DNA of 64,000 bases from an uncultured virus (IMG/VR IMGVR_UViG_3300046321_000078) (lineage: Duplodnaviria; Heunggongvirae; Uroviricota; Caudoviricetes), in IMG/VR virus record IMGVR_UViG_3300046321_000078. One strand, given 5' to 3'. A program made the translations under genes and the position numbers. Below the pieces are notes generated by a model. The model saw nothing but the letters and a program-made list of their open reading frames with translations, did not search any database and had not been told where the DNA came from. Shown here one piece after another: positions 49,849-59,061 of this stretch (position 1 is its first letter; every line of letters starts with the position of its first letter).

Positions 49849-50234
49849 TAGAAGCTGACTCCGATAGTTGCTCCTATTTGTTTATCAGTATTTATAGAAG
49901 CACCTAAATATAAATTACCGATAATTCTACGTTCAACTTGCAAGCCATATACCAAAGTAGGATCAGTTATAGTACGAGATCCTTTAATAGATACGTGCCA
50001 ATTTGTTGCAGCGATAACTTTAGTATTAGTCTTGCTTTCTTTGGAACGATCTACGATAGTTGTTACTTCTTCTTTCGTCCCATCTGGTTTAGTGATGATA
50101 CGAGTTACGGTCTGTATATCTTTTACTATCTTCTCAACTTCAACAGTCTTTTCTTTTACTTTAGGAAATAGTTGAGATCCGGCAGCCAATCCTAGTAATA
50201 TACAAATACATCCTGTAATAATATAATTTTTCAT
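49848..50234 (-). CDS. envelope protein: N-terminal TM, C-terminal amphipathic beta-strands (spanin-like candidate)
   Basis: AGGAGA RBS; ends QIGATIGVSF. Confidence 0.55.
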   Translation of the reverse strand: MKNYIITGCICILLGLAAGSQLFPKVKEKTVEVEKIVKDIQTVTRIITKPDGTKEEVTTIVDRSKESKTNTKVIAATNWHVSIKGSRTITDPTLVYGLQVERRIIGNLYLGASINTDKQIGATIGVSF

Positions 50235-50348
50235 TTAATCTCCTGTAGTGTAACAATAATTTCTTTTAGTAATTGGTTTTGTTTGTATTGTTGATATAAA
50301 TGCAAACCGCCAGCCAAGAAGTATATAATAGAAAAAATAACATAAATG

Positions 50349-50618
50349 TCACGCATCCTTACCTTCATCTTTTTGATTTACGGAAATGCTACGATCATCC
50401 ATATCAATCGAGAAGCTATCTAGTTTTCTGAGGCGGTACATTAATAGACAACCAAAGAATAACATTAAAGCTCCTACAGATCCAGCTAAGACATCTTTTA
50501 CTGTCAGGTAAATAATCACACCTAAAGACAAAAGAAATGAAACATAGGCAAATAGAAGCGTTACAGATGGTTTATTAGTTACCTTGTCTGTAGCAAATGG
50601 AAAGTTAAAATCTTTCAT
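50349..50618 (-). CDS. two-TM membrane protein (holin-like candidate)
   Basis: Two TM helices, charged tail; ATG 50618 after AAAGGA. Confidence 0.55.
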   Translation of the reverse strand: MKDFNFPFATDKVTNKPSVTLLFAYVSFLLSLGVIIYLTVKDVLAGSVGALMLFFGCLLMYRLRKLDSFSIDMDDRSISVNQKDEGKDA

Positions 50619-50628
50619 AGGTCCTTTC

Positions 50629-50691
50629 AAAAAAGAAAGGTAGCTAGGTGAGGTATTCTAGCTACCAGTAATATTAGGAGAAATACTACAT
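50629..50691 (-). ncRNA. candidate ~63-nt sRNA B or attenuated leader with an anti-SD loop
   Basis: Promoter TTGACT(50726-21)-17-TATATC; hairpin GTAGTATT-TCTCCT-AATATTAC; terminator GGTAGCTAG/CTAGCTACC plus TTTCTTTTTT. Confidence 0.55.
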
Positions 50692-50733
50692 GCAATAGAT
50701 ATACCACACTTAATCATAAAAGTCAACTAGTTA

Positions 50734-51195
50734 TTATATATCATCTTCTGGCAATTTTATACCACACTCAACTAAGAAATCATCTAGAGATTGTCCGGTA
50801 TGTTTATTCGTCTTTGGGTCTTTTTTCTTCTTCTTTGTTCTTACTTCTTTACGGGCAGCATTAGCTTCTGCTCTTGTTTGCTTACGTACTTTGTTCTCAC
50901 CGATAGATTTGATATCATGACACTCGTTGCAAATTGCTTGAAATCCGGACTCGTCGCATAGTAGTCTATTTGCAAAATCATCTAATGTTGTCCATCCAGT
51001 TTTGGGGTCCACACAGGGCTCTATGTGATCCATTTTTATGGTATGCCTGTCCACTATAGCTTTACATAGTTCACATTGGTATTGACCTCTGGCGACTCTA
51101 GCACGTTTTAATACTGAGTTTCGATGCGGCCATCTGTAACTCGCTCTACGAAGAGTCTGAATTAAAAAAGCTTTTCTATCTATCGGTTTCTTCAC
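50734..51195 (-). CDS. HNH endonuclease
   Basis: CELC, DHIEP, QAICNECHDIKS. Confidence 0.85.
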   Translation of the reverse strand: MKKPIDRKAFLIQTLRRASYRWPHRNSVLKRARVARGQYQCELCKAIVDRHTIKMDHIEPCVDPKTGWTTLDDFANRLLCDESGFQAICNECHDIKSIGENKVRKQTRAEANAARKEVRTKKKKKDPKTNKHTGQSLDDFLVECGIKLPEDDI

Positions 51196-51400
51196 TAAAA
51201 GGTTTTCCTTTTGTTATAGTTTTACCTACTGTTACAGTTACTTCTGTTATACCACACTCTTCGTGACATTTACTGTTGCGTTTCAAGCTAGAAATACTTG
51301 GATATACTCGTATGTCAGTTTCTCCAAGTTCCCAATTAATTGCCGTTGTACAAACATAGCATGTGATTTTTTTAGTTTCCATTTTGTTCACCGTTGTCAT
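51176..51400 (-). CDS. hypothetical protein
   Basis: Packed array. Confidence 0.5.
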   Translation of the reverse strand: MTTVNKMETKKITCYVCTTAINWELGETDIRVYPSISSLKRNSKCHEECGITEVTVTVGKTITKGKPFSEETDR

Positions 51401-51566
51401 CTATATTGAAATCTTTGTTCTTAATTTTACCAGCTCTGTACAGTTGTCGTATTGTTTCTAGCAATTGAAATCTAGGTATCTCCATCGGTATATTGAAGCC
51501 TTTCTTTTTCAAGGCTGATACCAATTCTAAGTTGCTCATCTTTGCTAATTTTTCCATACTTATCAT
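51372..51566 (-). CDS. small protein resembling Rho-N/HeH nucleic-acid-binding helices
   Basis: LAKMSNLELVSALKKKGF.IP....R.QLLETI. Confidence 0.4.
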   Translation of the reverse strand: MISMEKLAKMSNLELVSALKKKGFNIPMEIPRFQLLETIRQLYRAGKIKNKDFNIDDNGEQNGN

Positions 51567-51771
51567 TAGACTTACTCCAGTCTGTATGTAGCGTACTTTT
51601 ATTTACATTTAACTCTATTTGTCCGTATGTAAAAAACAAACCTGTTACTTTTACGTAATCAAATCCGCCATCAATAGAACAATGATTGCAGGAACACGAG
51701 TGGAAGTCATGCGTAGTCCTTGAATATATAATATCATCGCACTGTCCGCATTGAATAGCTTTAATTTTCAT
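51472..51771 (-). CDS. Cys/His zinc-binding phage protein
   Basis: CGQCDDIIYSRTTHDFHSCSC...IDGG.DY. Confidence 0.65.
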   Translation of the reverse strand: MKIKAIQCGQCDDIIYSRTTHDFHSCSCNHCSIDGGFDYVKVTGLFFTYGQIELNVNKSTLHTDWSKSNDKYGKISKDEQLRIGISLEKERLQYTDGDT

Positions 51772-52076
51772 TTAATTCTTTTCCTGTGCCCGCAGCTGTT
51801 ACAAGTTCCAATAACTTTATCCATAATTTCAAACTCTTCCATTACTCCAGAGAAGCATTTCTCACAACTCTTCATTTTACTCTTCTTCTCGACTACAACT
51901 TCCTGTGCTTGCTCTTCGGCAATAATTTCTTCGTAGTCGCTAATTACTTCGTGGTATATATGCTTTGACTTCTCGAACTGGTGAACTTGTCTTTTTAACT
52001 TTCGTATTGTCTTAGTTAATTCTCTGTTTTCGCCTCTAAGATGTTCTAACTCACTCTTGTCCTTTTGTCTAGCCAA
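51768..52076 (-). CDS. coiled-coil plus zinc-ribbon protein
   Basis: CEKC...CNSCGH; AGGAGA RBS with TTG start. Confidence 0.6.
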   Translation of the reverse strand: MARQKDKSELEHLRGENRELTKTIRKLKRQVHQFEKSKHIYHEVISDYEEIIAEEQAQEVVVEKKSKMKSCEKCFSGVMEEFEIMDKVIGTCNSCGHRKRIK

Positions 52077-52085
52077 CCGCGTCTC

Positions 52086-52751
52086 CTATGTTAGTAAGTA
52101 TTCAATTGTTGTATCCTGAATATTACCGTAGTATTTATATTTTGTAAAGTATAATCTTTGTGCTAGTTTTGACAGCCAACTTGAGTTGTGCTCTTTTGAT
52201 ACAATTAGCTGAGGTATTTGCAACTCTGGTTTATTTTTGTTTAAAATACTTAATACTAGTAACGAGTCCATGCAGAATGTTTTCAGTTTACTTGTCCGAC
52301 CTTTCATAAGTTGTCGGTACAGCATAGGTATGTTATCCTGTCCAATTACAGTATCAAATCCAAATAATTTCAAACATGCAAGCATAGGTACTAAATTTAA
52401 GTTATCTATTGACCTACCAAGTTGCGGATGAGTACAGATACTATCAGCATACAATAATCCATTTAATTTGTCATGAAAGTGGACATCAGAATCCTGCACG
52501 TATTCGGCTTTTTGTTTTGAAAGTAAATCTCGATATGCGTGTAAATGCTGGGTAAGGTATACATTATACTCTTCAATACCTTCATCAAAGTTTCGAGGTC
52601 TTTGTGGATAGTCCTGTTTAAATTTATAATCAAAATACTTTTTATAGCAATATACATTAATAAAATAAATGGCTAAGTCTTTGCATGACTCTCCTTGGTA
52701 TCCATTTTCTTTTACCGGCAATCCCCAACTATCCCACTGTAAATTAGACAT
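52086..52751 (-). CDS. hypothetical protein
   Basis: 221-aa ORF coupled to the upstream gene. Confidence 0.55.
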   Translation of the reverse strand: MSNLQWDSWGLPVKENGYQGESCKDLAIYFINVYCYKKYFDYKFKQDYPQRPRNFDEGIEEYNVYLTQHLHAYRDLLSKQKAEYVQDSDVHFHDKLNGLLYADSICTHPQLGRSIDNLNLVPMLACLKLFGFDTVIGQDNIPMLYRQLMKGRTSKLKTFCMDSLLVLSILNKNKPELQIPQLIVSKEHNSSWLSKLAQRLYFTKYKYYGNIQDTTIEYLLT

Positions 52752-53247
52752 GTTTAATCCTTAACTCTTTAAACTTGGTTTTACGATCTTTTTTCAAAGG
52801 CCATTTATTATTTTTATAGAAATACTCATACATCCAAATATCAAATTCGATTTGTAGTGATAGTCGGTTCAATGGTATCTTACTCTGAACTTCTTTGTGA
52901 ATTATCTTTTGAAATTCACTGTCAGACTTTTCCATCTCATACAAAGCTTTTCTTTGTTTCTTTGTTAAGGCACTATCTGTTTCTAATTTGCCAAGAATAT
53001 TATCTATATAGTCATTAGTCTTTTTACCACGATGGATATAATCTAAGTGATGAGCTAGTTCATGAATAAAGTCCAGACAAACAGACATAGGACCTTTTTT
53101 ACTCTTATTATAGATTATTATCTCACTACCGTCATTAAGCCAAGCCGCAGCACTGTCTATAGTCATATCCTCAATAAACGTTACCTTGACTCCAAGTCCT
53201 TCAGTATACTTAACTAGTCTTTGGAATTCTTTTTCAAGGTAGTGCAT
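52744..53247 (-). CDS. HExxH metallopeptidase (ImmA/IrrE-like)
   Basis: LGVKV.F...A.W.....I.I...FIHELAH...E. Confidence 0.6.
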   Translation of the reverse strand: MHYLEKEFQRLVKYTEGLGVKVTFIEDMTIDSAAAWLNDGSEIIIYNKSKKGPMSVCLDFIHELAHHLDYIHRGKKTNDYIDNILGKLETDSALTKKQRKALYEMEKSDSEFQKIIHKEVQSKIPLNRLSLQIEFDIWMYEYFYKNNKWPLKKDRKTKFKELRIKHV

Positions 53248-53257
53248 TTGATCCTGT

Positions 53258-53286
53258 AATGTATCATAAAAAACAAATTAAGTCAA
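53258..53286 (-). promoter_or_regulatory. sigma70 promoter TTGACT-17-TACATT
   Basis: Intergenic; 17-bp spacer. Confidence 0.65.
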
Positions 53287-53290
53287 TAGG

Positions 53291-53521
53291 TTAATAAGAG
53301 TATTGTCTAGTAATACAAAACCCAAATCCCAGAAGTTTAATGTTCAGTGCCCAGCAGATATTATCTTCTTTGCTATATAATAACATAGTCGGAGCATCTA
53401 GTCCTGTCGTAATCACATCTCCGAATGGTTCAAAATGTGCTGTATTGTATGTGATCTTAGGAAACGAAAAGTCCACAACTAAGAAATTAAAATCTGACCA
53501 TTCTTTTTTATATATAGTCAT
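53291..53521 (-). CDS. hypothetical protein
   Basis: AGGGA RBS. Confidence 0.5.
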   Translation of the reverse strand: MTIYKKEWSDFNFLVVDFSFPKITYNTAHFEPFGDVITTGLDAPTMLLYSKEDNICWALNIKLLGFGFCITRQYSY

Positions 53522-53680
53522 CAGTTCATTCCTCTATAATATTCTCTTTGTTTTTCCTGTATGTTCTTATTCATTTCAATTATTAACATTTTTATAAGAG
53601 TTGATGTATTCTTTGGTAATACAAATAACGCTAAGTTAAGAAATGTGCTACCAACGATAACTCTAAAAAATGTCCAGTAT

Positions 53681-54952
53681 TTACTCATAGTTTAATGCTC
53701 CATCATAAGTTGGAATAATTTTATCTAGTGTTGTATCTTTATCCGCAAGTAATACATTTACCAACCGGCTATCGCCATAGATATGATTCTTAGTACTTTC
53801 GAAGATAGGCTGGGCAGCTTGGTTAGTATTAATACCTAAACTGTATGCGTAGTTATCTAATCCTGACATGCTAGGAGATACTAGCACCCTTACTCCGTCA
53901 AACGTCGTAAACTCAGCATGACAGTGTGTGTGGCCGAATATAACCAGGTTAGCCTTTGGTCTGCCCATTGCCACTTCTCCAGTATTCCAGCGATTAATAC
54001 TATCACTTAATCCTTTAACATTAATACTAGTTCCAGTGCTACCTAATTGCTTAGAAAATATAGTGTGACCGTGAAGCACTACAGCTCGCCCTGCCGGTAG
54101 ATTGATGTCCAGGTGTAATCCTTTAGACATATTGAATTTGATGTTCTTATTGCCTCTAAACGCTAATGAGAGGCCGTAGTATACTGGAGTAAGGAAGCTA
54201 TCTTTCATAGCATGTGACGTAATGCGGCCACCTTCTCGACGCGTGACATTTTCATCATGATTTCCCACATTACAATGTACTGTTACGTTTTTATAGAATT
54301 GAGCAACGTGTGAGATGAAGTGTGTAAAAATGTGCATAGCTCCAGTTTGTTGTACACCTAATAACTCTTGTGTACGATCAGATAATCCGTGGATTAAGCC
54401 TTGTAAGTGATCTCCATTCAGGATTACGTGTAGATTTTTTACATCATTACGTCTACGAATCTTATACTCTGCTGTTTGTTTTGCCATGAATGCAGTTCTT
54501 CGACAAGCAATCTTCCAGTTGTATTCGTTTAGCCCGCCAATTTCAGAAGGGTCTACATTCAAACCGAAGTGTGTGTCTGTCAACATTACTACAACATCTC
54601 GGTCAAGCTTTGTTTTATTATTAAAATTAAGTACAGCTTTAGGTACTTTAATAGGAGCTATTACATTTTTCAATGTAGCAATGATGCGGTCTTCAAATAA
54701 CTCTTTAGTTCCTACTGAATTTTCAAGCTTACGAATATATCCTGAAGTTTCTTTTAAAGAAGCAATGTCTTTTAAAGATTTCTCAGTTTCTGGAAAATAT
54801 GTTTTTTTAATAGCAGTATAGCCGCCATACTTTAATAATTGACGCTCCGAGATACCCATATCTTTTAAGTCTCTATTTTTAAGGTCTTGCGGATTAGTTC
54901 CTGTGTCTGCACATACTTCTTTTATCTGTTTAACTATTTCTTTTAACGTCAT
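53681..54952 (-). CDS. metallophosphoesterase (calcineurin-like, DNA pol II small subunit/Mre11-like)
   Basis: DTH, GD, GNHD, HGH, GHTH; start moved to MTLKE after GGAGA. Confidence 0.82.
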   Translation of the reverse strand: MTLKEIVKQIKEVCADTGTNPQDLKNRDLKDMGISERQLLKYGGYTAIKKTYFPETEKSLKDIASLKETSGYIRKLENSVGTKELFEDRIIATLKNVIAPIKVPKAVLNFNNKTKLDRDVVVMLTDTHFGLNVDPSEIGGLNEYNWKIACRRTAFMAKQTAEYKIRRRNDVKNLHVILNGDHLQGLIHGLSDRTQELLGVQQTGAMHIFTHFISHVAQFYKNVTVHCNVGNHDENVTRREGGRITSHAMKDSFLTPVYYGLSLAFRGNKNIKFNMSKGLHLDINLPAGRAVVLHGHTIFSKQLGSTGTSINVKGLSDSINRWNTGEVAMGRPKANLVIFGHTHCHAEFTTFDGVRVLVSPSMSGLDNYAYSLGINTNQAAQPIFESTKNHIYGDSRLVNVLLADKDTTLDKIIPTYDGALNYE

Positions 54953-55247
54953 GTTTTCTCCAGTGTAAGTACTCAGCTTGAGTAGTATATGGCATTTTAC
55001 CGATCTTGAAACTAGCATGAAATTGCCAGTATGTCAAGTAAAATATAACTTTTAATACTTTATTATAATCTTTCTTATTATTAGTATCTTCTTTTAAATA
55101 TTTTGGCACATACCGAGGTCGTTCGTTGTATGTATACCAATCTATACCTAGTAGAAATAATAACTTTGGGCCAATATCCTCACTTACTTCGTGATCTTCT
55201 GGATATTCTAACCATAGTGATTTTGTTTTACACCAGTAGGAAGTCAT
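54930..55247 (-). CDS. hypothetical protein
   Basis: Packed array. Confidence 0.45.
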   Translation of the reverse strand: MTSYWCKTKSLWLEYPEDHEVSEDIGPKLLFLLGIDWYTYNERPRYVPKYLKEDTNNKKDYNKVLKVIFYLTYWQFHASFKIGKMPYTTQAEYLHWRKHDVKRNS

Positions 55248-55456
55248 AAATCTCTCACATATTTATAAGGTTGTCTTTTTTTAATTAACTCATTAACCCA
55301 TCTGATAGCATCCACTTCGTTAGAAAAAGACATAAGGTCTTCCCAATCTTTAGAGAAAAAAAAGTATAAGTACTGCTCTTGTACTTTAAAATCGTAACCA
55401 TTTCCAACTATTCTAAACTTATTTAAGCTCTTCATGTGATCTCCCGTAATTATCAT
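55244..55456 (-). CDS. small protein, apparent paralog of 55591..55773
   Basis: KFRIV...F.V....L.FF..W....F.....A. Confidence 0.55.
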   Translation of the reverse strand: MIITGDHMKSLNKFRIVGNGYDFKVQEQYLYFFFSKDWEDLMSFSNEVDAIRWVNELIKKRQPYKYVRDL

Positions 55457-55590
55457 CTATATCGTATTCAGCAGTAGCTGTAACTCTTAGTATAGGCTCT
55501 GTACATTGTTTTAGCATAACCTCATGAAACTTTCTACTAAGGAGATATTTATATACTTCATCGTAGGTTAATTTATCAACTAACTCTTTA

Positions 55591-55773
55591 TTACTCATAA
55601 GTTCTGACTACGAGTGGACAGGGTGTTACGTTTTGTTTAAACACATAATTTTCAGCACTATATATGTCGTTAAATGTACCTATTTGTTTCCAAAAAAACA
55701 ATAAGAATCTGCGTTCAACTATAAATATTGGAGCAATATAGTAATCATCATATTTGACTATTCTAAATTTCAT
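55591..55773 (-). CDS. small protein, apparent paralog of 55244..55456
   Basis: Same KFRIV...FFW pattern. Confidence 0.55.
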   Translation of the reverse strand: MKFRIVKYDDYYIAPIFIVERRFLLFFWKQIGTFNDIYSAENYVFKQNVTPCPLVVRTYE

Positions 55774-55994
55774 AATTCTCCCAAATATGCAAATCTTTTT
55801 AAATGCTCTTCTGTTAACAAAGTTCTTTTGTATTTCTTACTTCTTTTGTTATTACCTTTGTACTCATATGTAACCACCCAAAATATCACTTTATTATCCA
55901 CATCATAACTCTGTTTAACATCTGATAGTAATACTATATATGCTTGATTTTTGGTTATGTAAACTCCGTCAGTAAATGTCATTAGGTCTCCCAC
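55770..55994 (-). CDS. hypothetical protein (YLGEL C-terminus)
   Basis: Packed array. Confidence 0.5.
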   Translation of the reverse strand: MGDLMTFTDGVYITKNQAYIVLLSDVKQSYDVDNKVIFWVVTYEYKGNNKRSKKYKRTLLTEEHLKRFAYLGEL

Positions 55995-56188
55995 TTATTT
56001 ATGTATATATCTTGACTTCCTTCTTCTATACAACCTGTGTCGCTATCTGGAATTTCTACTGCTATTTCTGGCGGTAACATGCCTAATTTTTCAAATAGGT
56101 CGATAGCATTAGCAACTTGGTCTGCATTTACGAATACCGTATTATCTTTTGATTTTAATACTTGTTTTATAAACTTACTTTTTTTCAT
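55982..56188 (-). CDS. hypothetical protein
   Basis: GMLPP motif; overlap coupling. Confidence 0.55.
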   Translation of the reverse strand: MKKSKFIKQVLKSKDNTVFVNADQVANAIDLFEKLGMLPPEIAVEIPDSDTGCIEEGSQDIYINKWET

Positions 56189-56562
56189 AAATTTTCCCTA
56201 TACTTATCAAACATTTTAGCTAATCTGTGTTCTGGATTTATTCTTTTCATGTAAGCTGAGAACTCCAACATTGTCATATCTGATTTCATTCTATTACAAT
56301 CCCAACAACAACCCGCTATATTAAATTCGGTATACCCTTTTTTGTTATTCAATCTATCAATACCTAATTCATTTTTTCTACCATCGAGTCCACAAATATA
56401 ACATTTAGCTGTAATTAGTGAATAGAATCGTTCAAATGATATTAAAAACTTTAGACCTTTAAACTTAGCTCTTTTTTTATATTCATCAAATTTATCACAA
56501 TATTTTAAAAATAGATTAGTCTCAATGCCAACAATATCTTCAAATTTTTTAAGTTGATTCAT
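56185..56562 (-). CDS. HNH endonuclease
   Basis: CYICG..GIDRLNNKKGY...N...CCWDCNRMK. Confidence 0.85.
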   Translation of the reverse strand: MNQLKKFEDIVGIETNLFLKYCDKFDEYKKRAKFKGLKFLISFERFYSLITAKCYICGLDGRKNELGIDRLNNKKGYTEFNIAGCCWDCNRMKSDMTMLEFSAYMKRINPEHRLAKMFDKYRENL

Positions 56563-57368
56563 TACAATTCCTCCAATGCTTTCTTATTCTTGTTTAAACT
56601 ATAATTTAAGTACTGAGACATGTCAAGTATTGTCTTAAATATATTAAGGGTTGCGTGAACCCGTTTAACCAGATGTTCGGTATCAGCATCATTGTTATAA
56701 TTTGATACAAGTTTTAAACCATACTTAATTTTAATCTCTTCCTTATATCCCTTTGTTTCATGTTCATCAGTTGCTTTGTTTTTTCGCATAATTGGAGCTT
56801 GTATCACTTGTTTACTTAATATAGCTGGATATAGTTGTACTCTATCACCCTCCTGAACATGAATATTAGCAATAGCATCGTATACCTCAGTTTCATTTCT
56901 ACGTATTTTCTTATCTAAGATGTCCTGTTCAACATAACCTTTACAGTTAAGTATTGGCTTTGTTATTGTTGCTTTCTTTGACCATTGCATTATGTCAGTT
57001 GGAGCTTTAGCCATTTTTACATATTTCTTATATATAACATCAATATCTTCTAGTCTATGTTCAATCAAAGCTTTTACAATTTCTTGTATCATGTCTTTCA
57101 TAATACTTTCAGTCTTTAGGGACTTCATGCTTGAACCTTTTATTTTTAACGTACCTTTATCATCTAGCATAATATAATTTTTAGCTTTAACAACAACAAA
57201 AGATGGAAAATATCCATCATGCTCAAATTTAATATTTTCTGGATATAGGGAGTTTAGCTCGTCCAATAAGAAATCCTGTTCATCTTTAGATATAACACTA
57301 CCATCAGCTTTAGAGAAAGTAATACTATCCGTATCACAGTTGATGAGTGTAAAATTATGTGTCTTCAT
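56562..57368 (-). CDS. family B DNA polymerase, C-terminal part (motif C onward)
   Basis: NCDTDS, KAKNYI, KIKGSS; ATG 57368 after GAGGA. Confidence 0.85.
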   Translation of the reverse strand: MKTHNFTLINCDTDSITFSKADGSVISKDEQDFLLDELNSLYPENIKFEHDGYFPSFVVVKAKNYIMLDDKGTLKIKGSSMKSLKTESIMKDMIQEIVKALIEHRLEDIDVIYKKYVKMAKAPTDIMQWSKKATITKPILNCKGYVEQDILDKKIRRNETEVYDAIANIHVQEGDRVQLYPAILSKQVIQAPIMRKNKATDEHETKGYKEEIKIKYGLKLVSNYNNDADTEHLVKRVHATLNIFKTILDMSQYLNYSLNKNKKALEEL

Positions 57369-59052
57369 TTTCTTCTTCCTCAACTTTAGGATTTATCTCT
57401 TGATATGTTTTACTCGTTGCCCATAGTATACTCTTCTCCAGCACTTCGCGTCCATATCTAGTAACACTACTTCCCGCATCCATATCGTTGAAGTTAAGAC
57501 CTTTTGTTGTTAGGAAACCGTATGAACTGTTAATAAATATTTTTTGGGTTCCTTGTAAATCATCATAATATTTATCTCCAGTTATTTTGGCAAGTTTTTT
57601 ATTTTCAAATCGCTGTAGAGTAAAGTATTCCAACATCTTTAAAAAATTACCTAGATAGTCAGATGCAGGTTTAACTTCGTATTGTCTCATGATACTTGGA
57701 TAGAGAGATGAAACATCGACTTTCATTGCGTTCTTATACAGTCCAGGATTACCGTAACTAATCGCACCTTGAAACTCTGATGTTTCTTGTCCCTTTGGTA
57801 TTGACCATCCATCCTGTAGATAGCTGCGTACTATTAAGCTATTAATCTGTCCGCCAGTGTTTGTTTCTGTTACTATTTGAAATGGTTTAGGTATATATGC
57901 AGTAATTAAGAAAAACGGTGTAGCCATCAAATCAAATAGTTTTATCGGATCTTCACTATCGTCGATACAATACTGACAAATATCTTTACGTTTATTTAAA
58001 TCAAACCAGTCATCTTTAATTTTAGAAGCATCATAGTGTGTTCTGCCTTCTTTTTCTAGTCCCTCAACTTTAATTACAGATTTAAGAGCATAGCTATCAT
58101 ATTTCTTTGTCGCCTGATCAGCTTTCAGTGTGACAATCCACATATCCACAATATCTCTTCCCCATACTTCAGGACGTTGATAGTCATACTCTTGACTACC
58201 ATCTTTACGTATCTTCCTGGGTGTTCGTCTATTTTCTAGAGCAAGTGATGATCCATCTCTTCCAATATTAATATTAAAATCATGTTTATTAGCAATTCCT
58301 AATAGGTAAGGAATGTCAAATAAATAAATATTATATCCAGTTATGATACTTGGATTCTTTTCCATAACCCATTTAGCCCAGGCTTGAATTAATTCCTTTT
58401 GTGAAGAATAATTATCCTCAGAGAAAAGCTTACGCTCATACTTATCATTATTTCGATAAGTACTACCAATGCATAGAACCTTAGCCTCCGATGCTGCCGG
58501 ATCTATTGATGTAGTCTCTAAGTCAAATGATAAAATTGAGACATCTTTTAATTTTAAATTCTTATAGTATGTTATTCCTGTATCAATCATAAATGATTCA
58601 ACATTATTAGGAATAAAGTAAAAGTCATTCTTGTATAGTTTAGGCTTTATATCTTTAAATTCATTCTCTGAATAGTACTTTCGATACCTGTAGTGACCAG
58701 GCCCCTTTAGTTTATCAAATGAAGTGTTAACTTTACTAGGTGATAAAACAAACTGTTTGAATGTTTGCTTTTGCTCAGATATAATACCTAAATGTTCTTT
58801 AAATATATGAATATTATTATTTTTATACGCGATATTAACTATATTGGTTTGTTTATCTTTACCATTGATAACATCGTCAATTTTAGCCGGTAATAATGAA
58901 TTAACTGAATTATATATATCAAACTCTATATCTTGACCATTCATTGTTCCATATATAGTATTATTAATTTGTTTTTTGATTTTCAATGTACCATCATCTA
59001 AACATGATACATATTCATTAATAGATTCACTAGTATCTAATATATATTTCAA
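57355..59052 (-). CDS. family B DNA polymerase, N-terminal part (3'-5' exonuclease, motifs A and B)
   Basis: FDLET, GYNIYLFD, YCIDD; DVSSLYPS; KIFINSSYG; VTRYGRE. Confidence 0.9.
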   Translation of the reverse strand: MKYILDTSESINEYVSCLDDGTLKIKKQINNTIYGTMNGQDIEFDIYNSVNSLLPAKIDDVINGKDKQTNIVNIAYKNNNIHIFKEHLGIISEQKQTFKQFVLSPSKVNTSFDKLKGPGHYRYRKYYSENEFKDIKPKLYKNDFYFIPNNVESFMIDTGITYYKNLKLKDVSILSFDLETTSIDPAASEAKVLCIGSTYRNNDKYERKLFSEDNYSSQKELIQAWAKWVMEKNPSIITGYNIYLFDIPYLLGIANKHDFNINIGRDGSSLALENRRTPRKIRKDGSQEYDYQRPEVWGRDIVDMWIVTLKADQATKKYDSYALKSVIKVEGLEKEGRTHYDASKIKDDWFDLNKRKDICQYCIDDSEDPIKLFDLMATPFFLITAYIPKPFQIVTETNTGGQINSLIVRSYLQDGWSIPKGQETSEFQGAISYGNPGLYKNAMKVDVSSLYPSIMRQYEVKPASDYLGNFLKMLEYFTLQRFENKKLAKITGDKYYDDLQGTQKIFINSSYGFLTTKGLNFNDMDAGSSVTRYGREVLEKSILWATSKTYQEINPKVEEEENEDT

Positions 59053-59061
59053 TTAGGACTC

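Noticed and set aside
50668..50689. CsrA-binding AGGAGA hairpin on the + strand
   Set aside because: The stem has an A-C mismatch on +, and both promoter and terminator point to the minus strand
55009..55037. Promoter TTGACA-17-TAGTTT
   Set aside because: Weak -10 and inside an ORF; possible but unsupported
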